From Bryobacterales bacterium (lineage in GTDB: Bacteria; Acidobacteriota; Terriglobia; Bryobacterales; UBA6623), in the NCBI GenBank assembly GCA_963422375.2, contig OY729428.2, positions 2,432,001 to 2,496,000 of the forward strand: a DNA stretch of 64,000 bases, given 5' to 3'. Each line of letters opens with the position of its first letter. Position 1 is the stretch's first letter. Below, piece after piece: positions 34,735 to 45,774 of this stretch. The notes under the pieces are model-generated. The model was given only the letters and a program-made list of their open reading frames with translations. It did not search any database and had not been told where the DNA came from. Both the position numbers and the translations under genes were made by a program.

Positions 34735-36789
34735 AAACTGCTCTTTCGCCTGAAACGCCTCCCGGGACCGGAAGCGCGCTTGAGGCTGCGGTCCCGACGT
34801 CGCCGTGGACGGGCGCGGCCATGCTCTCTGCACGCCCGCGGCCGAGCCCTGGCGGCCCGGCGGGCACCTCGAGCGGCCGCTGCCGCGATCTCGGCACTGC
34901 GCCCAGCTGCCTTGGCGTCGGCGAACCCAAGGATCCACGACGACCAACTCGAGCCGCCTCGCGAGGGCGGCAACCGCCCGGATTCCCGGACTCCAACCAG
35001 GATCCGAGGGCCGCGCGGCATCGTCGGCCAACTGCCCGCCGACCCGCACCGGTTGCAGGCTGGGCAACCCCATAAGGCCGCGCCACGGCCGAGAGGACCT
35101 TGCCTGCAAACGCTCTCATTACCGAGACGCCGCCAATGCGCGAGATTAGCACGGGACGGCCTGTCCGGCACGCCAAGCGCAATCCCGTTGGCCGGGACAG
35201 TCCGTCGGCAGGCCGAAGGACAGCGCCGCGGGTAGCCAGCGCTATCGCTGCATGGACTGCGCGCGACGCGCCGACGCCGCATCCCGGACCCGCACCCGCG
35301 GACTTGCCAGGTCCGGCGAATCGCCCGGGTGGGGCCACCTCGTCTAACTGGCGCACTAGCTTGACGTGTCGGTTGAAATTGGCTGCCTTCCGCTCCCACG
35401 ACTTGAGCGCCTTGGTGCAAACGAGGGTGTGCTGCCGGCTCGATTGGTCGGTCGTCCGGCTGATGTCGAAACTGTCGTTGATGATCACGTCGCTGATGTG
35501 CCGACGCAAGTCGAACGACAGGCTGAAGCGAACCTCGGTCGCAACCGGGCGTCTGCAAGCTTGCGCGAGCTTGCGACAGTGTTCGCACCCGCAGGAGGTC
35601 GGCGGACTGATCCGCCGGTCCTTCGGGCGCGGAGGCAGTTTGGGCAGGGTCTTCAGCAAGCTCTCCGCGGAATGAAGCCACAGCGATTCGCACGCCTCCC
35701 GACCGGCACGGGCCACATCCTCCCGGCGCACTTCGACTAGCGCCGAGGCAGGGTTCACCTGCCACGGGTGCCGCACGACCGGCACAGCCGCGTCGCGAAG
35801 CTCTCGCTCCATACCGAGACTGCACCCCTCGTAGAGCGTGTCCCGGACTGCGTCGGCATCCAGATTCCGCGGCTTCGGCTGATTCCAGTCGGGCTCTGCC
35901 TTGATGCGCTTCGGCTCGAGCGCTTGCACGAGCGCCGCGAGGGCGCCCCGGGCCGCGTCGGAGTTGGGCTGGACGACGACGCTATCCGGGCCCTCTGGCC
36001 GCACACGGCTCAGGCGCGCCAAGAGCCCGAACGCCCCGCCGATGTGCTCAGGAACAATACGGCTCGCGAACTCCGAGAGAGATCGCCCATGACTGCCGTC
36101 GGGACGCCGGCGACCCGTCCAACAATCGCCTCGGGCATCCGCTCGGCGTGATTCGGGAGCACAACAGCTATCAGGAAGCGCTCGGTCAGGGAGTCGTCCG
36201 CGACGTTCGCCGGCAGGCGGAGGGTCTTCGCGACAGTCTCTGCAGCGCGCAGATCAGCGCTCCTGAACATCCAGGACTGCCCCCCAGCGGCCAGGCGCTG
36301 ATAAGCTGAGCAGCCGGGGCCTGCCCGAAGGACTTGCTCTGCTCGTCCCGTGCCTCGCGGCCCAGTGCCACCGACGCATGACCCGCAGCCTCGATTAGGG
36401 AACTGTCCGCATTGACCGACACGAGCTTCGAGCGCGGGCAGACTACGAGCGCCCCCAAGCGGTATCGGCGTGCCAGCGTCGACCCTTCGTTTCCGGAAGC
36501 TTCAAGCAGCACCTGGTTGTCGGGAGCCACCCCTTCCTCGGCCCCCTGCGGCAGCGCCTCGCCGGGGAGCCAGCGGACCTCGGGAAGATCCGAGACATCT
36601 GCGTCGGTTCCCGTCCAGCCGCCTCGGGGCAGCGACCGGTCAAGAAGCTCGATGAAGGAGCAGTCCACTCCGGTGATGTTGACCCTGCGCCCGTGAACGT
36701 TCCAGAGTTCGGAGTCGTCGGTCAGGCCGGACCCTTCTGCATTCGGAACGGCGAGGCGCAGATCGCACCCGGCACCCTGGGAAGCTTCG

Positions 36790-38058
36790 CTAAGGGCTTT
36801 GATCGATATTAAGTTTCCAACTTCGTCGTGGATGTAGTTCGTAGTTCCAATCACCGTGGAACTCGTTCCGATGGAGCGACAGGGCGTCCATCTTCGCCTT
36901 CGTTACTGCCTCACCGGTCGGGTACTTTCTATTGTCAAGTTCGGCTTTGACCCGAAGGCCGGCGGCTGTGCGCGTACCGCCGATCAAGTCGACAACGGTC
37001 TCAAATGTACGCAGTGGCTTGCCTCGCCAATTCTGCGTGACGTGGCAGAACAGGCGGCGCTCAATCTTATGCCATGGACTGGTCCCCGGCGGGAAGCGGC
37101 TGACGTGGATGCGAAGACATGTCCGGTCAGCGAACTTCTGCAGCCGATGCTTCCAGGCGCGAGAGCGATACCCGTTGCTACCGCCCGCATCGGCAGCGAT
37201 GAACAGCTCGCCAGCCTCGGGGTAGCGGCGCTTCCCCGTCTCGTTCCACCACCGTCGCAGCGAGGCCGCGGCAAACGCGGGCGTGCCGTGATCACGTCCG
37301 ACATGCACCCAGGCTTCGTTGCGCCCCATGTCATGGATGCCATACGGCATCGCTTTGCCGGACGAGTCCTTGGGAAAATCATGCACCAGTGATTTCCCGG
37401 GGCTCCCCTGCGGTTGCCATGCCCGCCCGCCGTTCTTGAATTCACCCGCCAGTTCCTTCTTCTCGGTGTCGACCGAGACCACCGGCTGACAACGTTGCGG
37501 GAAATCATCCGCCTTCGTATGGATGTGCTCGAACTGCGCGTCCCGGTCGGGGCGGGTTGTCCCTTCGAGACTCTTGCGCACCGATTGCAGGCTGCAGCCA
37601 AGCTCGTGCAGTGAACCGCTCGCCGTCGTCGAACTCACCTGCCAACCCGCCTGCGACAACGCCGCCTGCGACAACGCCGCGGTGAGCTTCGCCCGACTCT
37701 TGCATGTCCAGCGCAACGGCGACTCCGGGTCACCGCGCGTCAACGGGTCGACCAGCTTCTCCAGCGCTTGCTCGATGCCCGGCCGCGACTGCTCGATGCC
37801 GGGCCGGGCGGCGCCCGGGCGGCGTATCCGACCGCGTTCAACACTGCCGGATTCCAGCTCTCGACGCCCCGCGCGGATGGCGCGGATGGTCGGGCGCGAC
37901 AACCCAGTCGCGTCCGATACCAGCGCATCTCCCCCATACCCGATGGCACGCGACTCCGTCGCCGCCCATAGCCGACGCCCGCGCTCGTCGAGAAACGCTT
38001 CCACCGCCGCGTACTGCTCAACAATTGTCGCTTCGAGTTCAAGATTGCGTCTCATCGG
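36790..38058 (-). CDS. ISAzo13-family transposase
   Basis: LDERGRRLWAA, TRGDPESPLRWTCKS, VSVDTEKKEL, ADAGGSNG, FPPGTS, HGDWNY; several atypical substitutions, may be inactive. Confidence 0.88.
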   Translation of the reverse strand, partial: PMRRNLELEATIVEQYAAVEAFLDERGRRLWAATESRAIGYGGDALVSDATGLSRPTIRAIRAGRRELESGSVERGRIRRPGAARPGIEQSRPGIEQALEKLVDPLTRGDPESPLRWTCKSRAKLTAALSQAALSQAGWQVSSTTASGSLHELGCSLQSVRKSLEGTTRPDRDAQFEHIHTKADDFPQRCQPVVSVDTEKKELAGEFKNGGRAWQPQGSPGKSLVHDFPKDSSGKAMPYGIHDMGRNEAWVHVGRDHGTPAFAAASLRRWWNETGKRRYPEAGELFIAADAGGSNGYRSRAWKHRLQKFADRTCLRIHVSRFPPGTSPWHKIERRLFCHVTQNWRGKPLRTFETVVDLIGGTRTAAGLRVKAELDNRKYPTGEAVTKAKMDALSLHRNEFHGDWNYELHPRRSWKLNIDQSP

Positions 38059-38086
38059 ATGACGAGAACACAAAACTCAGAACATG

Positions 38087-39528
38087 GAGCCTTTTGCAAA
38101 ATTCAGAAAAGAGGGCTGACCGCCCCATGAACGACTAGTTTCCGGGCTGTTATGCTCGCCGAAAAAGACCCCCTGCAGCTGGGCTTGCTCGGCTGCGGGG
38201 CGCTCCTGCGGGGATCGGCCCCGTGCAGGCGCAGCTCTCCCGGCCCGGCCCTGCGGGCGGGCGCTCTGCCCGGCCGTCCCGGCGGCCCGGGCTCTCGGAG
38301 CGCCAGGCGCAGGAGCTGCGCGACCGTCAGCGCGAGCACGCCGAACAGGAGGTGGCACAGCACCTTGCCGCGGACGCGCACGCGGCGCCCGCCGCAATCG
38401 TCCTTCAGGCGGCCGTTGACACGCTCCACCGTCGAGCGCTCGCGGTAGCGCAGCTTGGCGGGCTCCGCCCGCCCGGCGCTGCGCAGCGCCGGGGCCTCCC
38501 GTGCCAGATCCGCCTGCAGCTCGTCCGGCCGCGCGGGTTGACAGCGATGAGCGGCACGTGCCCGAGCCGCTCGCTGAAGGCCCCGATCCCGGCCGCGTCG
38601 CGCGCGCTGTCCATCCGGTCGTACAGGTTGTCGACGCGGCCCGCGGTCCGTGTCGCCAGCGGGATCGCGGCCTGATCGCGGCCTGGCTGTCGTGCAGCGA
38701 AGCCGCGGTGAGCAGGCAGCTGACCGGGATCCCGCCGTCGATCGCGTCGATAGGCAGCTTGTGGCCGCGCCAGTCGGCGCGGAGCGGGCGGCCGCTGCTC
38801 GCCCTTGCGAGGGCGCTTGCGTTTCGGCTCCGGTTCCGGCGCGGGCTTCCCGGCGGGCCGCTCGCGGCCCTCGACGGCGGTCGAGTCGCGGGAGACGCGC
38901 CCTGCCAAGCGGCCGTCGAGCGTCCGCGCGAGCAGCGCCTGGTGCAAGCGTCCGGACAGTTCGCCGGCGGCGAACTCGGCGCAGGCGCGCGAGAAGGTTG
39001 CCTCGCCGGGCACGGCCCCGGCCAGGTCCCAGCCGCACAGTCGGCGCAGGGTGCGATCGGTCTGCAGGCGCTCGACCGGCGAGCGCGTAGCGGGCTGGTC
39101 GAAGACGGCCTTGGCGATGCAGGCGCGCGCCATGGCGGCGCGGCTTGCGCGGGGGCGGCCGCGGCCGCCCTGCCCGACGGGCAGGCAGTCCTCGACCTGC
39201 GCCCGTTCCACCGCTTGGACGAAGCTGCGGCAGCGCTCGCCGAGGGGGCCGAGTTCCTGCTCGAGCCAGGGGAACAGCCCCTGCTGGAACGTGAACCAGT
39301 ACGCGGATACGGTTTCTATCAAGGACATATTCGTTGAATCCTGCCAGCTGCTTACTAGGCTTGCATTACAATAATAGCACGGAGGGCAAGGGATCTCCAG
39401 AAAACTCAAAACGCATGACAAGCCATTAAAACTACATTTACTACAGTCCTATTCCATTGATTATATCGAATACTTAATAGACTAACTAAATGATAATGCT
39501 ATTAGCTCGGGATTCTTGCAAAAGGCTC
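38087..39528 (-). mobile_element. IS5/IS1182-like DDE element, copy 1 (frameshifted, internally deleted transposase)
   Basis: IRs GAGCCTTTTGCAAAATTC / GATTCTTGCAAAAGGCTC; RRLCGW, EATFSR, RDSTA, RSTVERVNGRLKD spread over frames. Confidence 0.85.
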
Positions 39529-40327
39529 ATGCTGAACGACCTGCCGAAGGACTGCGATACCGGCACCAAGCGCAACGCCAAGGGCCATACCGTCAGCTGG
39601 CGCGGCTACAAGCTGCATGGCTACAAGCTGCCTATCGACGCGATCGACGGCGGGATCCCGGTCAGCTGCCTGCTCGCCGCGGCTGCGCTGCACGACAGCC
39701 AGGCCGCGATCAGGCCGCGACCAGGCCGCGATCCCGCTGGCGACACGGACCGCGGGCCGCGTCGGCAACCTGTACGACCTGATGGACAGCGCGCGCGACG
39801 CGGCCGGGATCGGGGCCTTCAGCGAGCGGCTCGGGCACGTGCCGCTCATCGATGTCAACCCGCGCGGCCGGACGGAGCTGGCGGCCGGACGGAGCTGAAG
39901 GCGGATCTGGAACGGGAGGCCAAGGCGCTGCGCTGCGCCGGGCGGGCGGATCCGGCGAAGCTGCGCTACCGGCAGCGCTCGACGGTGGAGCGTGTCAACG
40001 GCCGCCTGAAGGACGATTGCGGCGGGCGCCGCGTGCGCGTCCGCGGCAAGGTGCTGTGCCACCTCATGTCCGGCGTGCTCGCGCTGACGGTGGAGCGGCT
40101 CCTGCGCCTGGCGCTCCGAGAGCCCGGGCCGCCGGGACAGCCGGGAAGACCGCCCGCCCGCAGGGCCGGGCCGGGAGAGCTGCGCCTGCACCGGGCCGCT
40201 CCTCGCAGGAGCGCCCCGAAGCCGAGCAAGCCCAGCTGCAGGGGGTCTTTTTCGGCGAGAATAACAGCCCGGAAACTAGTCGTTCATGGGGCGGTCAGCC
40301 CTCTTTTCTGAATTTTGCAAAAGGCTC
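39529..40327 (+). mobile_element. Same IS, copy 2 (3' half only), inverted
   Basis: Near-identical inverted copy of 38087-38770 ending GAATTTTGCAAAAGGCTC; GTKRNAKG..WRGYKLH. Confidence 0.85.
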
Positions 40328-41539
40328 CATGGAAATCTAATTTCCGACAACGCCCTAAGGGTCATCGCGACCCACCTGTCGCTGTCCGTCAGCAAACTGA
40401 AGCGCAGGCCGGCATTGAGGTGCATGTGGTCCATCGCCCACACGATCTTCGCCGGCACCGGGTCGCTAGCGGCCCAGCAGGAAAGGATGCGGGCAGCCTC
40501 GTCCGCCTGTTCCGCGTAGTCGGGGGCGGCAGCGGGAACCGGCGCCGAATCGGGCTTGACGACGAGGTTGCCGACGGGCGAGACCCGATGGCCTTCCAGG
40601 ACTGGATTCGCGAGGTGCTCTCAATCCGCATGGAAGGCGGCGAACCGGAGCTCGTTCGGATGCGCCGTCCGAAGGTCGACGCTTCCGTGCCGGATCGCGA
40701 GGTCCCCGCCTTGTCCGGTCGCCGGCAGGGACACCACCAAGGCAGCCACCATGCCGCCCGTTTTCTCGATGTTGCGGCGGGCCGAAAAGCCCCCGGTCTC
40801 GTATTGCGAGGAGCTCGTAGAGCTGCACCGTGATGCAGGCAACGTCGATTCCCAAGTCCCCGCGACGGCCGTCAGGATCGCCTCAAGCGCCGCATTCCAC
40901 CGGACTCAGCTGGCTTCACACCGCCGGGGCCGACTTGCCAGCAGTCCCGCACGGAGGCATCCACAAGCGTTTCTGTGCCCAGTCCCTAGGGGCCCGCTCA
41001 TCCACCTTGACGAGGGCCTGATCCTGGTGCGGGAGAACCGGGAACCCTATCGTTTCGACTTTGGTGACGCTCACGCACGGTGACGCGGCGAGCAGCTTGC
41101 CGTAGGAGAAGTAGTCGCCACTTCGGTCGATCAATCTGAGAATGCGCTCGAGTCGCGCGTGCTGCGCCCGGTACTCGAGTTCGAGGCCCTCCATTGACAT
41201 CCCCCTTGGGCCGCCGTCTCAGTCCAGGCCGGGCGTGGCCGCGACCCGTCTCGAGGGGCTGCGACAACACTCAAGTGTCGCTACCAGACGGCGTGCGCGC
41301 GCGTTGCCGGGCAGCTTGGAATTCTCCTCGTCGAACGGCGGGGATGCCGCTGGCAAGCCATGCCGAGCGCGCCGACGGGCGCGGGGCGGATCGCAACGGA
41401 CTCGGTGTCAGTCGACGCTTGAGAGCTGGCTCGGCCCCTAGGCGATTCCCCGACGCAAGGCATCCGACGCTACAGGCGCCCGCGCAGCGGCCCGAGCCTC
41501 GGGCTCCGGCAAAGTGCGGACGCGGGACGGAAAACGCCG

Positions 41540-41566
41540 GGAACCGAATCGAATCCGCGGTGTCAA
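41540..41566 (+). promoter_or_regulatory. Possible ECF-type autoregulatory promoter
   Basis: GGAACC-N16-GTCAA upstream of the ECF sigma gene. Confidence 0.45.
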
Positions 41567-41629
41567 TGACACCGCGGCAGGATCGCCCAGCCGGTCGAGT
41601 GCGGGGGATCAACGCACGGTGCTACGCTG

Positions 41630-42292
41630 TTGCCGAACAACCGAATCATGAGCCGAGATCTGCTTGCTCAGCACGGCCCGTCGGCCCGGGACCCCGATGC
41701 CAGCCTCGTGCGAGACCTCAAGTGCGGTACGCCGGAAGGCTTCCGCGAACTCCTGTCCCGCTATCAGAACTCCATCTTCGCCTATGTCGCCCACCTGATC
41801 AACGACCCCGTCGAGGCGGAGGACGTCACCCAAGACGTCTTCGTCAAGGTGTTCCGCAAGATCGGCGGCTTCCGCGAGGATTGCAGTTTCAAGACTTGGC
41901 TGTACCGCATCGCGGCCAACGAGTCATCCAACCGGCGACGCTGGTTTTCGCGGCATCGCTCGCGCAATTTGCCCGACGCCGCGGGCCCGAATGACCCAGG
42001 CTTCGCCGCGAGGCTTGCCGACCCGCGAGGAAGCCCATTCGAGCAGGTCCAGCACCGCGAGCACCGCCAGATCCTCAACGAGGCGCTGCAGGCCTTGGAC
42101 CCGCGCTTCAGGGAAGCGGTCGTGCTTCGCGACATTGCCGGCTTCAGCTACAACGAAGTCGCCGAAACCCTCGGGATTTCGATGGGAACGGTCAAGTCGC
42201 GGATTCTCCGGGGACGGGAAGCGCTCAAGCGGCACCTGCTGCGCAGCGCCCCCTCGGTCGTGGCGCATGGCGTGAGATGGCAGACGGAGTAG
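41630..42292 (+). CDS. ECF RNA polymerase sigma-70 factor
   Basis: AEDVTQDVFVKV, FKTWLYRIA, SYNEVAETLGISMGTVKSRILRGR. Confidence 0.93.
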   Translation: MPNNRIMSRDLLAQHGPSARDPDASLVRDLKCGTPEGFRELLSRYQNSIFAYVAHLINDPVEAEDVTQDVFVKVFRKIGGFREDCSFKTWLYRIAANESSNRRRWFSRHRSRNLPDAAGPNDPGFAARLADPRGSPFEQVQHREHRQILNEALQALDPRFREAVVLRDIAGFSYNEVAETLGISMGTVKSRILRGREALKRHLLRSAPSVVAHGVRWQTE

Positions 42293-42296
42293 GACG

Positions 42297-42968
42297 ATGC
42301 ACTGCGCTTGGGTCGGAAGAAGAATCGACCGGTACGTCGAGGCCGGCCTCGGCTCGCTGGAGGGAGCGCTGCTGCGGTTTCACCTCGCTCGCTGCGCCCG
42401 CTGCATGAAGCGCTACGAGGGCCGAGAAGTGATCGGCGGCCTGCTGGCCAACATCGCCAGGCCGCGGCCGTCCCGGAATCTAGAGGTGAGAATCCTCAGC
42501 GCGATTTCGACCGAGGAGCTGCGAAAGTCCCAGCCAGGCCTCCGCTGGATCAGGGCGCGAGTGCGGCTGGGCAACCTAGTCCGGCCCGTCGCGGTTCCGG
42601 CGGTCGGCGGACTGCTTCTGGCGCTGGCGATGGTGCCGACGCTGCTTTCCGTGTTCTGGATGGAGCCGACGGCCTACGCCAACGACGTTCCCGTGAGGTT
42701 CCTCGCCCAGCCGGTCTTCACCGCGCCCGTGATGACGCTGCCCTCGCCGTTTCCGGTGTCAAGGGATCTGATCGTGCTGGCGTACATCGACCACCGCGGC
42801 GGGGTCTACGACTACTGGGTGGCGAGCGACGAGCCGCTCGACAGCCGGGTTCGCGGCCAGATCGCCAACGCCCTCCTCACGAGCAAGTTCGCGCCCGCCC
42901 AGCGCCTCGGCCAGCCGATCCTCGGACAGAGGGTCATTCTCTTCCAGCGCGTCGACAGCCAGGCCTAG
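42297..42968 (+). CDS. Zinc-finger anti-sigma factor (ZAS) with TM and TonB-C-like periplasmic domain
   Basis: HLARCARC (HxxxCxxC), TM helix, adjacent to ECF sigma. Confidence 0.8.
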   Translation: MHCAWVGRRIDRYVEAGLGSLEGALLRFHLARCARCMKRYEGREVIGGLLANIARPRPSRNLEVRILSAISTEELRKSQPGLRWIRARVRLGNLVRPVAVPAVGGLLLALAMVPTLLSVFWMEPTAYANDVPVRFLAQPVFTAPVMTLPSPFPVSRDLIVLAYIDHRGGVYDYWVASDEPLDSRVRGQIANALLTSKFAPAQRLGQPILGQRVILFQRVDSQA

Positions 42969-43041
42969 GGCGCGGGCAGGCCGAGGGCTGCGCACGGTCG
43001 GCCGCGACGCGCCATTGCAATCCCGGCGCGGCTGTCTCAAT

Positions 43042-43881
43042 ATGGAGAGTTCACCGATGTCGAAGCCGCGCATGTGCCCGCATTGCCGGGCCTTCATCGA
43101 CAGCAAGCAGAGGACCTGCGAGTACTGCGGCAATCCCCTGCCGATGACGGCGAGCCGCCGGCTGAGGCGCGAGGAGAGGGTGCGGCGGGCCGGAAGCCAG
43201 GTGGGCTTCACGACGATGATCCTGCTACTGATCAACGCCGGGCTCTTCGCCGCTTCGTGGATCCTGACGATGCGCCTCGTGGGCAGCAGCGGCTTTCTCG
43301 GGAGCATCGACGGCAACGTCCTGCACATGCTGGGCGGAAAGTTCAGCTTCTCGATCCAAGTGCGCGGCGAGTGGTGGCGGCTGATCACCGCGAACTTCCT
43401 GCACGGCGGGCTGCTGCATCTCGGATTCAATTCGATGTCGCTGTTCAACCTCGGACCTCTCGCGGAAGAAATCTTCGGCACGTCGAGATACCTGGTGCTC
43501 TATCTCGCGACGGGCTTCTGCGGGTTCGTAGCCAGCACCTTCTGGTCGGACTCGCTCTCGATCGGGGCGTCGGCGTCGATCTGCGGCCTGATCGGGGCCA
43601 TGTACGCATTCGGGCGCATCAACTCGATGTCCCAGCTCCGGAGCGTCGCCCTGCGCTGGATCGTCGCCATCGCCATCTTCGGCGTTCTCTTCAGCGGCAT
43701 CGACAACGCCGCGCACCTCGGCGGCCTAGCGGCCGGATTCGGCTTCGCCTACCTGTGCGGCTCTCCCGGCCGCGACTCGGACAGGGAAGCCATCTGGCGC
43801 GGTATCTCGATCGGCGCGGGCGCCGTGACGGTCGCGGCCTTCTTCTTCGCCTATCAGAATTTCGCTAGCGCAACTTCGTAG
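43042..43881 (+). CDS. Rhomboid intramembrane serine protease with N-terminal zinc ribbon
   Basis: WWRLITANFLH, HLGFN, GAS, AHLGG; CPHC...CEYC. Confidence 0.92.
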   Translation: MESSPMSKPRMCPHCRAFIDSKQRTCEYCGNPLPMTASRRLRREERVRRAGSQVGFTTMILLLINAGLFAASWILTMRLVGSSGFLGSIDGNVLHMLGGKFSFSIQVRGEWWRLITANFLHGGLLHLGFNSMSLFNLGPLAEEIFGTSRYLVLYLATGFCGFVASTFWSDSLSIGASASICGLIGAMYAFGRINSMSQLRSVALRWIVAIAIFGVLFSGIDNAAHLGGLAAGFGFAYLCGSPGRDSDREAIWRGISIGAGAVTVAAFFFAYQNFASATS

Positions 43882-44666
43882 GGCCTTCTCGCAGCCCCGA
43901 AGCGGGCTTCACGGATGCAAGTCCGTGCCGCTCGACGCCCCGGCCAGGACATGGGGCTGGTGGCCGTCAACGATCGAGACGCCGCTGATCCGTCGCGAAG
44001 GGCCTCGACCGCCGCCCTGAGCTTCGCCTCCATGCCGCCCACGGCCACCCCGCGCTCGATCAAGGCCTCCGCCTCGACCGCTGCCAGCGCCGGGATCCTC
44101 CTGCCGTCGGCGTCGAGCACGCCTCCGACGTCGGTCAGGAACACCAGCCGGTCCACGCGGAGCGCCGTGGCGCAAGCGGCCGCCATCTGGTCAGCGTTGA
44201 CGTTGTAGATCGCACCGTTCGCGCCGCCGGCGATGCAGGCAACCGCCGGCAGGTACCCCCGGTCGGCCAGCTGGTCCAGCAGCGTCGGGTCCACCCGCTC
44301 GACCTTGCCGACCAAGCCGAGCTCGGGATCGAGCTGCGAGGCCTGCACCGTGCCGGCGTCGATGCCGGTCAGGCCTACGGCCTTCAGGCCCGCTCGCTGG
44401 AGGTCCGCGACCAGCTGCCGGTTGACGGATCCGGCCAGCACTCGCAGGACGGCGTCCAGAATCTCCGGGGGAGTGACCCGGAGGCCCCGCCGGAACTCGC
44501 TCTTGTGATCGAGGCCCGACAGGTACCGGCTGAGCCGCTTGCCGCCCCCGTGGACCACGACCACCCGGTGGCCTCGATCCGCGAGCCCCTTGAGCTGGCC
44601 GGCTAGGGACGCCCTCCTCCCGGCGGTCTCCAGCAGCGTGCCGCCGAGCTTGACCAGCAGTCTCAT
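43854..44666 (-). CDS. argB: Acetylglutamate kinase (apparent frameshift near C-terminus)
   Basis: VKLGG, VVHGGG, GLRVT, NVNAD, LTDVGG, GGMEAK; follows argC. Confidence 0.9.
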   Translation of the reverse strand: MRLLVKLGGTLLETAGRRASLAGQLKGLADRGHRVVVVHGGGKRLSRYLSGLDHKSEFRRGLRVTPPEILDAVLRVLAGSVNRQLVADLQRAGLKAVGLTGIDAGTVQASQLDPELGLVGKVERVDPTLLDQLADRGYLPAVACIAGGANGAIYNVNADQMAAACATALRVDRLVFLTDVGGVLDADGRRIPALAAVEAEALIERGVAVGGMEAKLRAAVEALRDGSAASRSLTATSPMSWPGRRAARTCIREARFGAARRPYEVALAKF

Positions 44667-44682
44667 CGGGAGCGACCCGCCC

Positions 44683-45705
44683 CTAGGCGGGAGAGCCGTC
44701 GAGCAGGCCGCCGGTCTCGGGATACCCCAGCAGCAGGTTCATGTTCTGCACGGCCTGGCCGGCGGCCCCCTTGACGAGGTTGTCGATCGCCGCGACGATC
44801 ACGACTCGCCGGCTAGCGGCATCGACACGGAAGCCGATGTCGCAGAAATTCGTGCCCCGGATGCCGCGCAGGTCCGGCAGGCGGCCTTCGGGATACAGGC
44901 GCACGAACGGCTCGTCGCGGTAGTACTTTTGGTAGACGGCCCGCAGGTCGCTCCATTTGACGGGCTCGGCCGACCGCACGTAGATGGTTTCCAGGATGCC
45001 TCGATGCATTGGCAGCAGCTGCGCGGTGAAGCTCAGCTCGTGCTCGTCCAGATCGGTCGTGTGCAGAATCTCGGGCACATGCCGGTGCTCCAAAGCCGCG
45101 TAGGCGGAGAAGTTCTCGGTGACCTCGCAAAAGTGCGTCTTGAGCGAAGGCTTGCGCCCCGCCCCGCTCACGCCCGACTTGGCGTCGCAGACAACGCCCG
45201 CGGCATGGTCCACCACCGCCTCGACGATGAGCGGGCGCAGGCTCAGGCTGGCCGCCGTGGGATAGCAGCCGGGATTGGCCACCAGCGTCGAGATCTTCAC
45301 GAGTTCCCGGAAGAATTCCGGGAGGCCGTAGGCCGCGTCGGCGAGCAGTTCCGGGCAGGTATGCGTGACCCCGTACCAGCGCTGGCAGTTCAGCGACGTC
45401 CGCAGGCGGAAGGCCCCGCTGAGGTCCACGCAGCGGACCCCGGCGTCCAGGACCCACGGCGCGGCCTCCATCGAGACCTCGAGCGAGGTCGCGAGGAAAG
45501 CCACCTCGATGCCCTCGTCGCGCAGCGCCTGCGGCTCGAACGGAATCCGGGGGGAGTTCTCGCCTAACGGCAGCTCGGCCTCGCGCACGGCTCGATGCTC
45601 GAGCAGGACCGGGTCGGCATGCGGATGCGCCTTCAGCAGGCGCAGAAGTTCCGCCCCGCTGTACCCGGTGAAACCCGCGATTCCGACCCTTGCGCGCCTA
45701 GCCAC
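44683..45705 (-). CDS. argC: N-acetyl-gamma-glutamyl-phosphate reductase
   Basis: GFTGYSG, ANPGCYPT, SGVSGAG, HRHVPEI, DNLVKGAAGQAVQNMN. Confidence 0.96.
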   Translation of the reverse strand: MARRARVGIAGFTGYSGAELLRLLKAHPHADPVLLEHRAVREAELPLGENSPRIPFEPQALRDEGIEVAFLATSLEVSMEAAPWVLDAGVRCVDLSGAFRLRTSLNCQRWYGVTHTCPELLADAAYGLPEFFRELVKISTLVANPGCYPTAASLSLRPLIVEAVVDHAAGVVCDAKSGVSGAGRKPSLKTHFCEVTENFSAYAALEHRHVPEILHTTDLDEHELSFTAQLLPMHRGILETIYVRSAEPVKWSDLRAVYQKYYRDEPFVRLYPEGRLPDLRGIRGTNFCDIGFRVDAASRRVVIVAAIDNLVKGAAGQAVQNMNLLLGYPETGGLLDGSPA

Positions 45706-45774
45706 CGGCCAGCACCCCCGCTAGCTTGATGGTAGCGAGGACCGCCGGGGCAGCGAGCTCCCGGCGGGTTCCCG

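Larger units (their letters stand above)
36794..40355 (-). mobile_element. ISAzo13-family IS carrying a nested insertion
   Basis: Imperfect 26-bp IRs GGGCTTTGATCGATATTAAGTTTCCA / TGGAAATCTAATTTCCGACAACGCCC; TAA duplicated at 36791-36793 and 40356-40358. Confidence 0.85.
35300..41200 (-). pseudogene. 2OG-Fe(II) oxygenase-family gene, degraded and interrupted by IS elements (3' end approximate)
   Basis: N-part 40356-41200 (YETGGF, LVVSLP, GGDLAIRH, AAFHAD*EH) and C-part below 36793 (EASGNEGSTLARRY, CGCEHC, TLVCTK); removing 36794-40358 rejoins AMTL|SEASQG in frame; multiple frameshifts. Confidence 0.75.
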
